Source of the DNA: Rebecca billardiae RCC1528
Lineage: Eukaryota; Protista; Haptophyta
Length of the DNA stretch: 64,000 bases
Direction: 5' to 3'
NCBI GenBank assembly: GCA_965240325.2
Contig: OZ251246.1
Span: 372,001-436,000, forward strand
Shown piece by piece: positions 20,611-31,714 of this stretch (position 1 is the first letter of the stretch; every line of letters begins with the position of its first letter). A program made the translations under genes and the position numbers. The notes below the pieces were generated by a model. That model was not told where the DNA came from, did not search any database, and saw only the letters and a program-made list of their open reading frames with translations.

Positions 20611-21956
20611 GGGTGAAAATCCCATTTTCTGGCCTGTCCGGGCGGAAAATCCGGCTGCTCAGATCTGACCGGACCGGGACCCGGACAGCACAGTAATCAG
20701 TATCTTAAGGGACCAGACACTTAATTACATCTTCGTTCTCTTCGGATTTGAGCATGGGGCGGCGCCCCATTTGCACAGTCAAAAGACCGCGGGTGTAAAA
20801 GCAACCGTTGTCGAGTTCGATGTAGCGGCTGGGCGAATTAGTGAATTAAAAAAACAATTCACGAGACACTTGCGCCCACGGCCGCGATGGCGTGCGCCGT
20901 CCACCCACGACGGAGTCGTGGACGGACATCGCTACACAGCCTACGCGACAGGCGTTGTCGTGATCGAGGTGCCCGTGCCCGTTGTCGATAGCCAAACGAT
21001 TGGCACGACGACCTGGCACCACATCCGCGTCAAAGCGTGGCGAGGCCGTGGTCCAGCGCGTGTGCGGCAAGCTGGCCGATGTGCGGACGGCGTCGCGTGG
21101 CGCAGGGGCTCCTGCCGATGCTACCTGGCGGCTGCTGCGGAGCCTGCTGCCGTGGTCGAGCCTGAGGCAGAGGGTGAGTCAACCGCGGAGCAGCTCAACG
21201 CTTCCGAGATCGAGCTGCGCGCGGTCGGACCAGATGACGGCCCGCGGCCTTCCAAGCGCACACGCAAGGACGCCTGAGCAGACGCGTTCAGTCCGAGCAA
21301 AGCCTGGTCGGCGTACGAGCGCGAGTCAGCTCAGACACGGCACGAGCGCACGCATGACGGCTCGTACGATGAGCTCGTCGGCTTGGTCACCGGGCTGCCG
21401 TCGCTCGTCGCTTCGCTTGTCACGTCACACTCAGCTGAGCAGAGACATCACTCCCGCCGTTCAGCTGATCGACGAGGACGAGGCGGCCAAGACGGCGGCG
21501 GCTCAAACGCCTGGAGGAGGAGCGCAGGAGGAGGAGGAGATCCCAACGCTGAGCCTGTGGGGCCGCGCCGAGGCCAGGCACCGCGGCCAGCGGCTGCAGT
21601 AGCGGGTGGCGGCCGGACAGCAGCTCGGTGGCACACGCTCAGGCTCATACGTCGATCCTCTTGCTCGAGAGTCGAGGCGGCGGGCAAGGTGCAGGCAGCA
21701 CGCGAGCTTGCTGAGCGCGCGCAGGCCGAGCCGCAGCTGAGCCCCGAGGGTGCTCGGGACGCCGCGTGCGCAAGCAGGCCGCCTCGCAGCAAATGGTGCT
21801 TCGCATAATAACTACGCTGATACATTACCCGGAAAAAATTTCGTCGCACTGCGTGCGCTTTCTTCTCTTTCTTATTTAATTCCATATTCGCGTATTAAAT
21901 GCCGCTTTTCCGCCTCCCCAGTGCAGAAGTGCGCCAGAAAATGGGAATTCCACCCC
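20611..21956 (+). mobile_element. PIF/Harbinger-like non-autonomous element family B, short (internally deleted) copy
   Basis: TIRs GGGTGAAAATCCCATTTTCTGGC / GCCAGAAAATGGGAATTCCACCCC, flanked by a 3-bp TSD TGA. Homologous to 31715-34626 in inverted orientation. Confidence 0.8.
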
Positions 21957-23240
21957 TGAGCGCTGCGACGTGCAGTGACGTGCACTCGATACGATGCGGC
22001 CACGCCCCTGCCAATCGCTCGACCGCCGCAACACGAAGGGTGCCGGCGCGGTTCCGGGAATGAGCCTCGGTCGACCGCTGCTTGGCTTTGCTTGCGGGAC
22101 CACTGATAGTTGCATTCATTGAGGCCGTTGCGCAGCTCGGTCGGCGCTTGGCGCGCGGTCGCACTCACTGCTCCGCGCGGACCAAACAAAGCCGACAGCC
22201 GACTATATGGTGGTTGGCACCACGCGGTCCAGCGCGCACGCAGCGCGCCGCCCGAGGCTGTCCCGTGTCCGTGCATGACCCGCGACCTGAACTCGGTCTG
22301 TGGGCCGGCTCCGAGTCCGAACGCGCGTCGGAATCCTGGTCGGCGAGGCATCCGGAACGCGGTGGTGCGGGTCGGACGCACTCGCCGCCCCGAGTCGTCA
22401 GACACATGCTGTAACTAGTATACTGCGGCAGTCCGCGCGCGAATCGCTATACCGTTGCACAGACAGATTGCGTCAGCACGGCCCACCACGAGTCGCTACC
22501 CCGGGCCCGCTCTCCCAATAGGCGACAGGCCGTGTTATAATTATTATAATTACAAGATGCTTCGTCAATGCAGATGGGGTTTCATCACCCGCCATTAGCC
22601 AGCGTTGGAGCGGAATTGTATGCCTGCCGCGGTGCCGCCGCACGCTTAAGGAGCACAGGCTTCTCTTCTGCAAGATCGACAAGGTCGCGAGCCAGAGCTT
22701 CCTGCAGCTCTTCTGTGCGGTCCGCACGCCGCACGACCCGGCGCTGCGCAAGCAGCTGTTCGTGCAGTACACCAACACGCTGCGCTACTTCGGGATGGGC
22801 GTGGAGGACGCCGCGGCGCGGCTGGTCGACCTGACGCGGAACGCTGCCGTGTTCTACAGAGAGCCCCTCGAGCGCTTCGCCTCGGCGTCTAGATGGAGTG
22901 CTATCTGGTACCCAAACGGGGTGCTCTTTAGTTCCCGGGCTCTTTTGCACCCCAAAACGTGCAATTGGTGACCCAGCGCAGAAGGCCACTCAAAATGGTG
23001 CACTTGAGGAACCCAAACCCTCTTTTGTAACTCACACCCCACGACGGAGCCTCGAATGGTTGGCAACAAACCAAAAGCGCTGGGTTCCTGGGCCACGCGT
23101 CGAATATCGACTACCCAACCGAACCTTCATTCATGAACCCACAGTTTCGCGATACCTTCGGGCGAACATTTCGGTCTACCCAGATACTGTCGTGCGCGCT
23201 GGTTCCCAGATTTGAAGATACACACAATGCCCTGCTCACC

Positions 23241-24336
23241 AGCAAGGGCCCTTGTGCCAAGGGTGGTTGCTCAGGGTCGCCGATCCAGCGGAGTCCGGCG
23301 CCGGAGCTTTTCCATGATGGCAGATTTTTGGAGCGGAGCGGCCGCGCGGGGCCGCCGCCACTGTGGCGGGCCGCTCGGGGCGTGCACGGCGTGGGCTCGT
23401 GCGGCCGCTGCTGCGCACGCCGGGCGATCTGGCGCGGTCTCGCGGCTTGTTGATGGCCTCGCGCGCCGCAGCGCGCCGCGTGCCTTGCCTGGCTTCGCCG
23501 TTCTCGCGCATCGGCTGCCGTGCACGCATGCTCCGCCAAACCGCAAGCTCGGCATACCTCTCAGCCGAGCGCGCACGTGCCTTGCGCGACGCGACGCGGG
23601 CATTGCCGCCGGGCGATGTACGCGTAGTGTGAGCGTGCGCCGTGAAGCCTCTGCACGGATCGAGAGCAATGAAATGATGCCGCGTGCGCGCGTGGACAGT
23701 CTGTGCGTTGAGCAGTGCTGAAAGCTTGACGACTGACTCTCTTGCCGGGGCGATTGTCACGCCGCATCGTCACGCAAGGCCTGCACGCGCGTCATAATGG
23801 CGTATGTCTTCATGGCTACAACGCTCGACTAGTCTTCACGAGTTGCAACGTCGCGATAGCCCTTCGTTCAAAGGAGGCCAGTGATGTCCATTGGTGGTTG
23901 GTGCCGTCAGCAGTTGTCGACAGCCGACCGAGACGTTGAAGACACTCTCGATCCGCGCCGAGGCTTCACGGCGCGCGTTCACACTACGCCTACATCGCCC
24001 GGCGGCAATGCCCGCGTCGCGTCGCGCAAGGCACGTGCACGCTCGGCTGAGAGGCACGCCGAGCTTGCGGTTTGGCGGCGCATGCGTGCATGGCGGCCGA
24101 GGCGCGAGACAGGTGAAGCTAGGCAAGGCGCGCGGGGCGCTGCGGCGCGCGAGGCCATCAACAAGCCGCGAGACCGCGCCAGATCGCTCGGCGTGCGCAG
24201 CAGCGGCCGCACGAGCCCACGCCGTGCACGCCCCGAGCGGCCCCGCGCGGCCGCTCCGCTCCAAAAATCTGCCATGGAAAAGCTCCGGCGCCGGACTCCG
24301 CTGGATCGGCGAGACCTGACCCGGGCGGCCCTTGCT
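23241..24336. repeat. ~400-bp inverted duplication (23241-23666 vs 23945-24336) inside the Pack element
   Basis: Both arms encode SPIQRSPAPELFH..RFLERSGRAG...HAPPNRKLG on opposite strands; spacer ~280 bp. Confidence 0.85.
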
Positions 24337-24419
24337 GACAATGCTTCCGCTTGGCCCGGATGGCGCAATCCGATTTTTTTCGCGCGGCCGGGCGGCCGCG
24401 GTGTTGCGTAGCGCGTCAC

Positions 24420-26630
24420 CGCAGGTGAGCGCGGCGCTCGGCGGTTCGGCCGCCTCGCCCTTCGTCACCAACCAGGGCCTCGACGCGCTCCGCCAGCTCG
24501 AGCTCGAGCCGCTGGTGCAGGGCATTGTGGCGTCCATTGGCATTGCTGCGCACGCGCGAGCGGCGCGCGCAGGCGCGGCGGCATGCGCGGCGGAGGCGGA
24601 GGCGGAGGCGGCGGGGGCGGCGGCTGAAAGGAGCGAGGGCGGTGGTGGCGGCGCGGACGAGGGAGGCGCGCCGGACGGCATGTCCGTCCTCACCTTCGCT
24701 GGCGGCGGCCGCCCGCGCGCCGCCGCCGCCGGTTCGGCCGCCGCCGCCGCGCCGCGCGCCAACGGCGTATCTACGCTGGCAGTGTGCTGCTGTGCTCGCT
24801 GTGGGCCATGTGGGCAGTGCCAGGTGATGCGGCCGGACGCGCCGACGCTGCGCGCGTACGAGGTGACGCAGCTGCTGCTCGAGGTGATCGCGCACTGCGC
24901 GCTCGACCCTGCCGAGTCCGACGCGTGCGCCACCCTCTCCGCAGGCTGCATCGCTAATCTGACCTACCGGTCAACAGGCCTCTGTCTGCGCTCGCACCGC
25001 GCGGCGGCGTGGCGCGCGGCCGATCGAGCGCGGGAGCCTGGGCGGCGGCGGGGCACGTGATGCCCGAGCGGCTGGCTGGCGCACTCGCCCAGCGCCGCCG
25101 CGCACACTGCCGCCGACCTCGCGCGCACGCCCTCCGTCACCTCCTCCGTCGGCGGCGGAGGGAGCGTCGCCTCGCCGCCCACGCTGCCGCCCAGCCAGGG
25201 TTTGTCATCCGCGAGCGCTCGCCCGCGCGGCGCGGCGGGGCGGGTCGGAGGCAGCGGCGTGAGAGTTCGGCGTCGAAGGGCGGCGCGGAGGGCGGTGGCG
25301 CGCCGCCGCCGCCGCCCGACGGGCTGCCGCCCTCGCCGCTCACCGCCGCGATCGCCGCCGACGACGGCGGCGACGGCGGCGGCTGGTCGCTCGAGGCGGC
25401 ACGCGCGGGCGGCGCAGCGCGCGCCGGCCCCGGGGCGCCGCCTGGGTGGTGAGACCGGCGCTGGGGGGCGGGGCGGGCGAAGGCTGTGGCGGAGGCGGTG
25501 GCGGTGGCGGAGGCGGACGCGGACGTCACGCAGTCCGGGCTGCACTGGCTCGTCCACCTCCTCTCCGCACTCGACCCGCCGCCATCGCCGACGACGCAGC
25601 AGCCGGCGACGGCGCGGCGGGCGCGGGCGCGTCCGACCGAGGCGGGCGCGCGCCGCGCGCACCGCGGCGGCGGCGCGGAGCGGCGGCAGCTGAGCGGCGC
25701 GCTGCTGCACACGCAGTGGCACTGCGCGTGCGCGCTTCAGAGGCTGCGCGAGCGCGCCACCGCCGACGCCGTCGCGCCGCCGCCGCCCCCGCAGCACCGT
25801 GCCGCCGTCGCAGAGGCCGCGCTGCAGTCGGTAGACGCGCGCGCCGCGCCGCGGCCGCGTGCGAGCGCCGCGCGCACGCGGCCGCCGCGGCCGCCCTACC
25901 GCCACCGTCGAGATTCAAGATCAGCGCGGGCGTGCGCCGCGGCTCGCGTAACGCGCCGCCGCCGCCGCCGCCGCTCCCCCTGCCCCCACCCGCCCTCCTG
26001 CCCGCCCCGTGCGCGCCTCGACGGCGCGCGCCTCCAAAATAGGCGCACCTCTGCACCGCGCCCTCGTGGCGGACGGCGGCGCACGCGGCCGTGGCCGTGT
26101 GGGCGCTGGCGCGCGACCCAACGTACGCGGGTGCGCTCGGCCGCGCGGGTGCGCTCGCGCGGCTATGGGGCTCGCTCGAGGGCGCGCTGTGCGCGCTCGC
26201 CGCACCGCAGCTGCCCGCGCCGCCGCAAGCCGCAAGCCGCAAGCAGTGCGCGCGCCGCGGCCGCAGCCGAGGCGGGCGGCGGCGGCGCGCGGCGCGGAGG
26301 CGCCGCCGCCGCCACCGCGCGCGGCGCAGCGGCTTCTCGCGCAGTGGGCGGGCGCGGCGCTGTGGCTGCTCTGCGCGCAGCGTGGCTGCGCACACAACGC
26401 GCGGGCGAGCTCGCGTGCACCCCCAGCGCCGCCGCCCTCCTCGTCGCCTTCGCCCGAGGAGACTCACCGCTGCCGGCGCGCGGCGGCGGCGGCGGCCCAC
26501 CATCGCCAGTCCCCTCGTCGGCCCCTCCCTCCCCCTCCTCCTCCCCAAACTCGTCGTCGCTCGACTCCTCCAGGTTGACAAGGGGCTCATCCTCCTCGTC
26601 CTCGACGTCGTCGTCCTCCTTGGCATAGTG
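24420..26630 (+). pseudogene. Captured, frameshifted fragment of an ARM/HEAT-like helical repeat gene
   Basis: Segments YEVTQLLLEVIAHCAL..LSAGCIANLTYRS, QSGLHWLVHLLSAL..HCACALQRL and AVAVWALARDPTYAGALGRAGAL lie in different frames. Confidence 0.4.
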
Positions 26631-28444
26631 TCCACCGGCCGCGGCAGTACGATCAGGAAGGGGATGAGGGGGGCAATCCGCTCCAGCGCCGAGCATGCCG
26701 TTGGCGTTCGTCGAGTCGTGAAGGGCAGCCCCCTCGCCCGGGGCTGCACCCTCCATGCCCTACATCCGCTCGCGCTCGCGCCAACCGGTCCCGCCCGCGA
26801 CACGCTGTGGAGTGTGGGTTGTCCGTTGTCGTGGCTGGGTAGCTACAAAGTGAGTCGGTGTGGGTAGCTCAACTGCCTGGGGCATCTTGGCGCGTGAAGC
26901 TTGGGTTGCGCTCCTCCTTGGGGCCCTCAAACTAGTCTTCGGCTGGGCAACGCTTCGGCGTGGGAGCTGTGAATGACAGTATTGCAGGACATTCGTTGGA
27001 TGATTCCTCTGCTTGGGTGACCTTCTGACACCTTGTCTGGTCAATTATGTGGTTCGTTGTTGAGCAGGCTACCAGTTCGCACCTCGTTGGGCGCGAAAAC
27101 GCCCTGGAACTGGATTGCACCCCGTTTGGGTACCAGATAGCACTTCATCTACGCGTCCAAGTGCACCGCGGGCCGTGACATGGACGGCGCGCGCCATTGC
27201 TCGGAGGCATTCGGCGTGTCGCGCCCCAGCTTCGACGAGGCGGCGGCAGCGCTCGGGCGAGGGCGCGTGCGCAACAGGCACTGGCTGCGGCAGTCTGAGC
27301 ACCGCGGCGGGCTCAACGCCACCCTCGGCGCGTACAAGGACGATCGAGCGCCTCGAGCCGACGCGCGCGCGCTTAGTCAGCCGTCGAGCGCATGCTGCGC
27401 GCGGTCGGGGTGGACGTGCGCCCGCTGGTGCCCGAGCTGGAGAAGCTGTTCCCCAACGAGCACGCGCGCGCGGCGGTGCTGCGGAGCGCCGAGCCGGGTG
27501 GCCACGCCCCGCGCATGCGGCCGGCGCCGCAGCCTGCGGAAGGGTGGCGGCGTGCGTCGGCGAAGCGGCGTGCGCGCGCCGCGCTCGAGGCCGAGCGCGC
27601 GCGCGCCAAGGAGATGGCGCTGCAGGCCTTCTCGACGATCTCGTACCACGGCACGGCGTTCGGCCCGCTGCGCACGCTGTACGACGGCGGCTCGTGGCCG
27701 GACGGCCGGCCGCTCACCGTCGGCGATTCGCCGCCACCGCACCGCACCGCTCCGCGCCGCACAGCACGCCTGGGCGGCGAGGGCTTGGTGGAGGAGGTGG
27801 ACCGTGGGGGCTCGCGCCGTCGCGCGAGGGCACCGCCGAGGGCGTCTCGCGCTCACGCGAGGCGTTCCACCGCTCGTGGGCCGCGGCGAGGAGCACGCGC
27901 TCGATCGCGCAGGCCAAGATGCACCGCGCGCGCATCAACACGCGCAAGTCGACGCGTCTGCCGGCCCTGGCAAGCTTTTCCCGGTCGCGTCCTAGACGCG
28001 CTGTGTTCGACCAGCCCCACCGGGACAAGGCCGCCAGGCCCCCGCAGTTTTATTCGTCGCGTTTCAACATACACCGAGGACACGCGGCTCCCGGCCGCGC
28101 TGCTTATTGAGCCGCCGTTAGCTGACGGCTGACTCCGTAGTGTATGACGACGATATAGTAGTAGCAGACGACGACGACGAAGTCTTATAGTTATATGATT
28201 CGATACGACCGAGTACCGGACCAGAATATTGCGCGCGGAATAATATAATTAATATATTATCAACGTTCACGTAGCGCGCGGGTCAGCTCAGTCGTAGAGC
28301 TCCGCCACCGCAGGACCGCCCTGGGACTCCAGACAGAGTCGCACTCGCTCCGAATAGCTACTGAGTCACTCACTAGTCATACAGTAAGTCAGGAGCCTAC
28401 TAGACTTAGGTAGCCGACGCCACGCCGCGGCCTCGCGGGCCAAT

Positions 28445-29390
28445 CTAGCCAATCGGGCTGACACGCTGACCCCGGGGTGCGTTCGGTCGCAGGTCCGGTT
28501 CAGCTCGGACGTGCCGCTCGATTGCATCGTTGATCATCTTTGTGACCTGCCAAGATGTGAGCGGTGGTCGTGCACACGCAGGGTGTGCGCGCACAGTCAC
28601 TCAAGCGGGCGTGGTACGTGACGCAGCAGGGACGAGTGAGCGCGCGATCAAATATTGTACGCCCCACAAGTGGTGAAGGGCACGCACGCAGCCGCACCTC
28701 ATTCGCCATGTCCTTCAGCACGTGGTGCTTGTCGGGGTGCCACTGCAGCCGGAGCGCGTTGAGCTTCTTCCGACGCTCAGACTCCGGCAGCGTCGCGGCC
28801 TCCCGCACCGCTTTCTCGATGGCCTCCCGCGTGTGCTCCAGGCCGAAGGAGTCTTGCTCGTGACTGCGCTCCGGGGGGCGCTGAGCGGCCTCGGCGCCGC
28901 GGGTGGCCCATTCGGCGAGGAGGAGCTCCTCCAGTTGCGCCACCTTGTGCCGCAGCAGCTTCACGTAGTCGAGCGAATCGGCCAGCATCGCCTGCGCAGC
29001 CTCTTTTTCGAGAGCATCTGAAAGTACTGCGTCGCGCTCGGCGAGCGCGCGGTTGGCAACTTGCTCGGCGAGGTCGACCGCCTGCTGCTGCTCGGCGATC
29101 GTTCGAACCAGCCGAGAACGCTCGTGTTGAAGCTCGTCGAGCTCGGCCAGGAGCATCCCCACGGTGCTGGACTCGAGTCGTGCATGCGAGACGGCACGGG
29201 GCGCGGCATCCATGCTTGCAGGAAAGTCGTCGTAGACGTCGTCAGGCAGCCGGGGGTGCCCCACCGGCACCGATGAGAAGCGTCGCAGCGGTCTCCGCGC
29301 CGGCCCACGCGAGGCGTGGTAGTCATCGTCGGCCGTGGAGCCAGCCGCGCCGAGCGCCAGATCGCTCGGGAGGAAGCGCTCGAAGTCCAT
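28445..29390 (-). CDS. Coiled-coil protein with C-terminal J-domain-like (HPD) segment; exons 29390-28698 and 28546-28445
   Basis: KKLNALRLQWHPDKH..MANEVTKMIN is restored by removing a GT-AG intron at 28547-28697. Confidence 0.7.
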
Positions 29391-29802
29391 CGCGCGATTC
29401 GTGAAAACCGTTATCACGCCGGTCGTCTTTGGTCGTACGCTGTACAGTTACGAGCCGGGGCGGCACCCCGATCGAGATCGAGACGCGGGCGCGCGGCTCG
29501 GCAGAATCCGGAAGCTGGTCGATCCGGCGGTGCAAAGCCGGCAGCCGGCGGCAGGTGCATGTCAGACACAAAGAAATAGAGGGGCGGGTCAGACATGTCC
29601 GCGCGCGCGGCTTTTTCTGAACGTGATGTCATTGTGCGAACGGGTTTTTGGCGCGAAAAACGTCAGACAACAGACTTGATGGAGCGGCCTGGGCCGAAAG
29701 AAAGACTGGCACCGACAACTCACAGCCGCTCAAACGTCCCATCCCGCCCGCCGCCGGCCAGACCACTCCTCTCCGCCTCGCGCACCACCGACAACCACCA
29801 CC

Positions 29803-30674
29803 ATGGGCCTCGTGATGTCTCGCCTGTACGACCGCCTCTTCACGCGCGAGACGCGCGTCCTCATGCTCGGCCTCGACGGCGCGGGCAAGACCACGCTCCT
29901 CTACAAGCTCAAGCTAGACGAGCTGGTGCAGACGATCCCGACCATCGGGTTCAACGTGGAGCACGTCTCGTACCGCAACCTGGTGATGAGCGTGTGGGAC
30001 ATCGGGGGTCAGGACAAGATCCGCACGCTCTGTGCGCGCGCGCACACACACGCATGCGCCCTCGCGTGACGCGGGCGCTCCGTGCGCTTGCTGACACGTT
30101 GCGCGCCCGTCGCCCGCCGCGCTGCAGGGCGCCACTACTACCACGGCACGGACTGCCTGGTACGGTCCCCACTTGTCGCGCGGTCGACGCGCGCTTCAAG
30201 CCCGTGCACCTCGGCTGCTCTGACCGCTGCACTGTACCCTGTGCCTTGCGCCCGCCCTCCGCGCCCCGTGTGTTGCAGATCTTTGTTGTCGACTCCAACG
30301 ACCACCAGCGCTTGCATGAGGCCGGGTCCGAGCTGCACGCCGTGCTGCGTGACGAGGCCCTTGGCAATCCGATTGTCCTGGTCTACGCAAACAAGTGCGT
30401 AGAGCGCCACCAACCCGCGCAGTGGCGTGCGCGTGCAAACGCAATTTGGGATGACACGTGGGGCTGCCCGCGCACGCGCTCCCGCCTGCGCAGGAGCGAC
30501 CTCCCTGGCGTGCTCACGCCGTCAGCCATCGCGGACGGCCTCAAGCTGCACTCCCTCCGCCACACGTGGTACATCCAGCAGGCAAGTGCCGTTCGCGGCG
30601 AGGGCATTTTTGAGGGTCTTGAGTGGCTGAGCGCGCAGATCAACAAGCGGCCCACCAAGACGGCACGCTACTGA
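29803..30674 (+). CDS. ARF: ADP-ribosylation factor (ARF) family small GTPase; exons 29803-30031, 30128-30159, 30279-30394, 30494-30674
   Basis: Myristoylation start [40 protein letters not shown] and NKSD; three GT-AG introns restore the frame. Confidence 0.92.
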
Positions 30675-30979
30675 GGTCAGATGATTGTCGGCCACTCAAG
30701 ACCCGCTGGCCCCGCTGCGGCCGCGAACCAGCCGAAGCGCCGAGCGGGGCGCGGCCTGCGGCGTCAAACGGCTGCAACCCGGTAGGACACAGCCTGCTAG
30801 TCGATCGGTATACTCTCGTCTGCTATGTTTCTATTCTAGGAATCTAGCAGCTGTGTTACTCCAATTGGCGGACAGACGCGCGCAGTAGATCCATAGTAGC
30901 GCTACTAGCTCAGAAGATGATCGATCATATTGTCATCATCATCAGACGTACGAATAAGGACGTACGTACAACACTACAG

Positions 30980-31132
30980 AGTACAGTCGTATCGAACTAT
31001 AGCAGTCGATCGTACTGAATGGCGCGCGTCCGTCCGCGAATATCGTCATGCAACTGATGAAGCAGAGGCCCGACCGCACTGTCTGCCCACCGACGGTGAC
31101 GCTGCCGCTGTCCGGCGCCACTTGAACAGTCT

Positions 31133-31135
<3 letters not shown>
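30980..31135 (+). mobile_element. Possible 3' remnant of an RTE-like non-LTR retrotransposon
   Basis: IAVDRTEWRASV resembles the A.DR..WR..V C-terminal motif of RTE ORF2 and is followed by a (CA)n tail. Confidence 0.3.
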
Positions 31136-31188
<53 letters not shown>

Positions 31189-31220
31189 CACACACACACA
31201 CACACATGTGTGTGTGTGTG
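31136..31220. repeat. (CA)n microsatellite abutting an inverted (TG)n
   Basis: About 35 CA units followed directly by about 7 TG units. Confidence 0.95.
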
Positions 31221-31714
31221 CGGTGTTATTGACGAATAATAACTGAACAAGGGGGTTCCTTGAACTGAGCACGGTGTGTACGAGCTGCATGACGGAGGGG
31301 CTCGCAGTGAGGCCTCTGCACTCCACTTACCTGTTTCGTCGCAGCCGCCCTCGCAGAATTTCATGACTCTTCTGCGGATACTGTACGCCGCAGGTGCACG
31401 ACCAAAGTGCCCTGCCAGAGCGGCGGAGCCAGCCATGCTGCTGCCGGGCATTCGGCAAGTCATCGTCGCGAGCGCCGCCTCGCTTCTCGAGCAGCGAGCT
31501 GGGTATCGGCAGCGCACAACCTGAGCGCGCCAGATACCGCCTCTCGCCTCGTCCTTCGACCAGACAGTCTGGACCAGAGGATGCCCACCATCTACTCGGC
31601 GTCTCAAGCAAGTCGTCCCTCGGCTGCGTCCACGTGCACCAACCATGCAGCAGCGCACGGCACAGCAAATGACCAGCGCAGCTGCTTACAGAGAGACGGA
31701 GAGAGAGAGCCAGA

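Larger units (their letters stand above)
22890..27151. mobile_element. Pack-type non-autonomous TIR transposon carrying host gene fragments
   Basis: 35-bp TIR TAGATG(G/A)AGTGCTATCTGGTACCCAAACGGGGTGC (1 mismatch, decaying to ~85 bp). Interrupts the sulfotransferase at a conserved motif; the interior is GC-rich gene-like cargo. Confidence 0.8.
22648..27900 (+). pseudogene. Carbohydrate sulfotransferase (Sulfotransfer_2/CHST-like) disrupted by a TIR element and frameshifts
   Basis: 5' part has HRLLFCKIDKVASQSF (5'-PSB) and VFYREPLERFASA (3'-PB) to 22889. It resumes at ~27150 as YASKC...NRHWLRQSEH, then frameshifts near 27340. Both end coordinates are approximate. Confidence 0.75.

Noticed and set aside
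17610-22846. CAGCGTTCCGC / GCGGAACGCTG as TIRs of a hAT element truncating EsV-1-7 gene 2
   Set aside because: Only 11 bp, no TSD, and the right copy lies inside sulfotransferase coding sequence.
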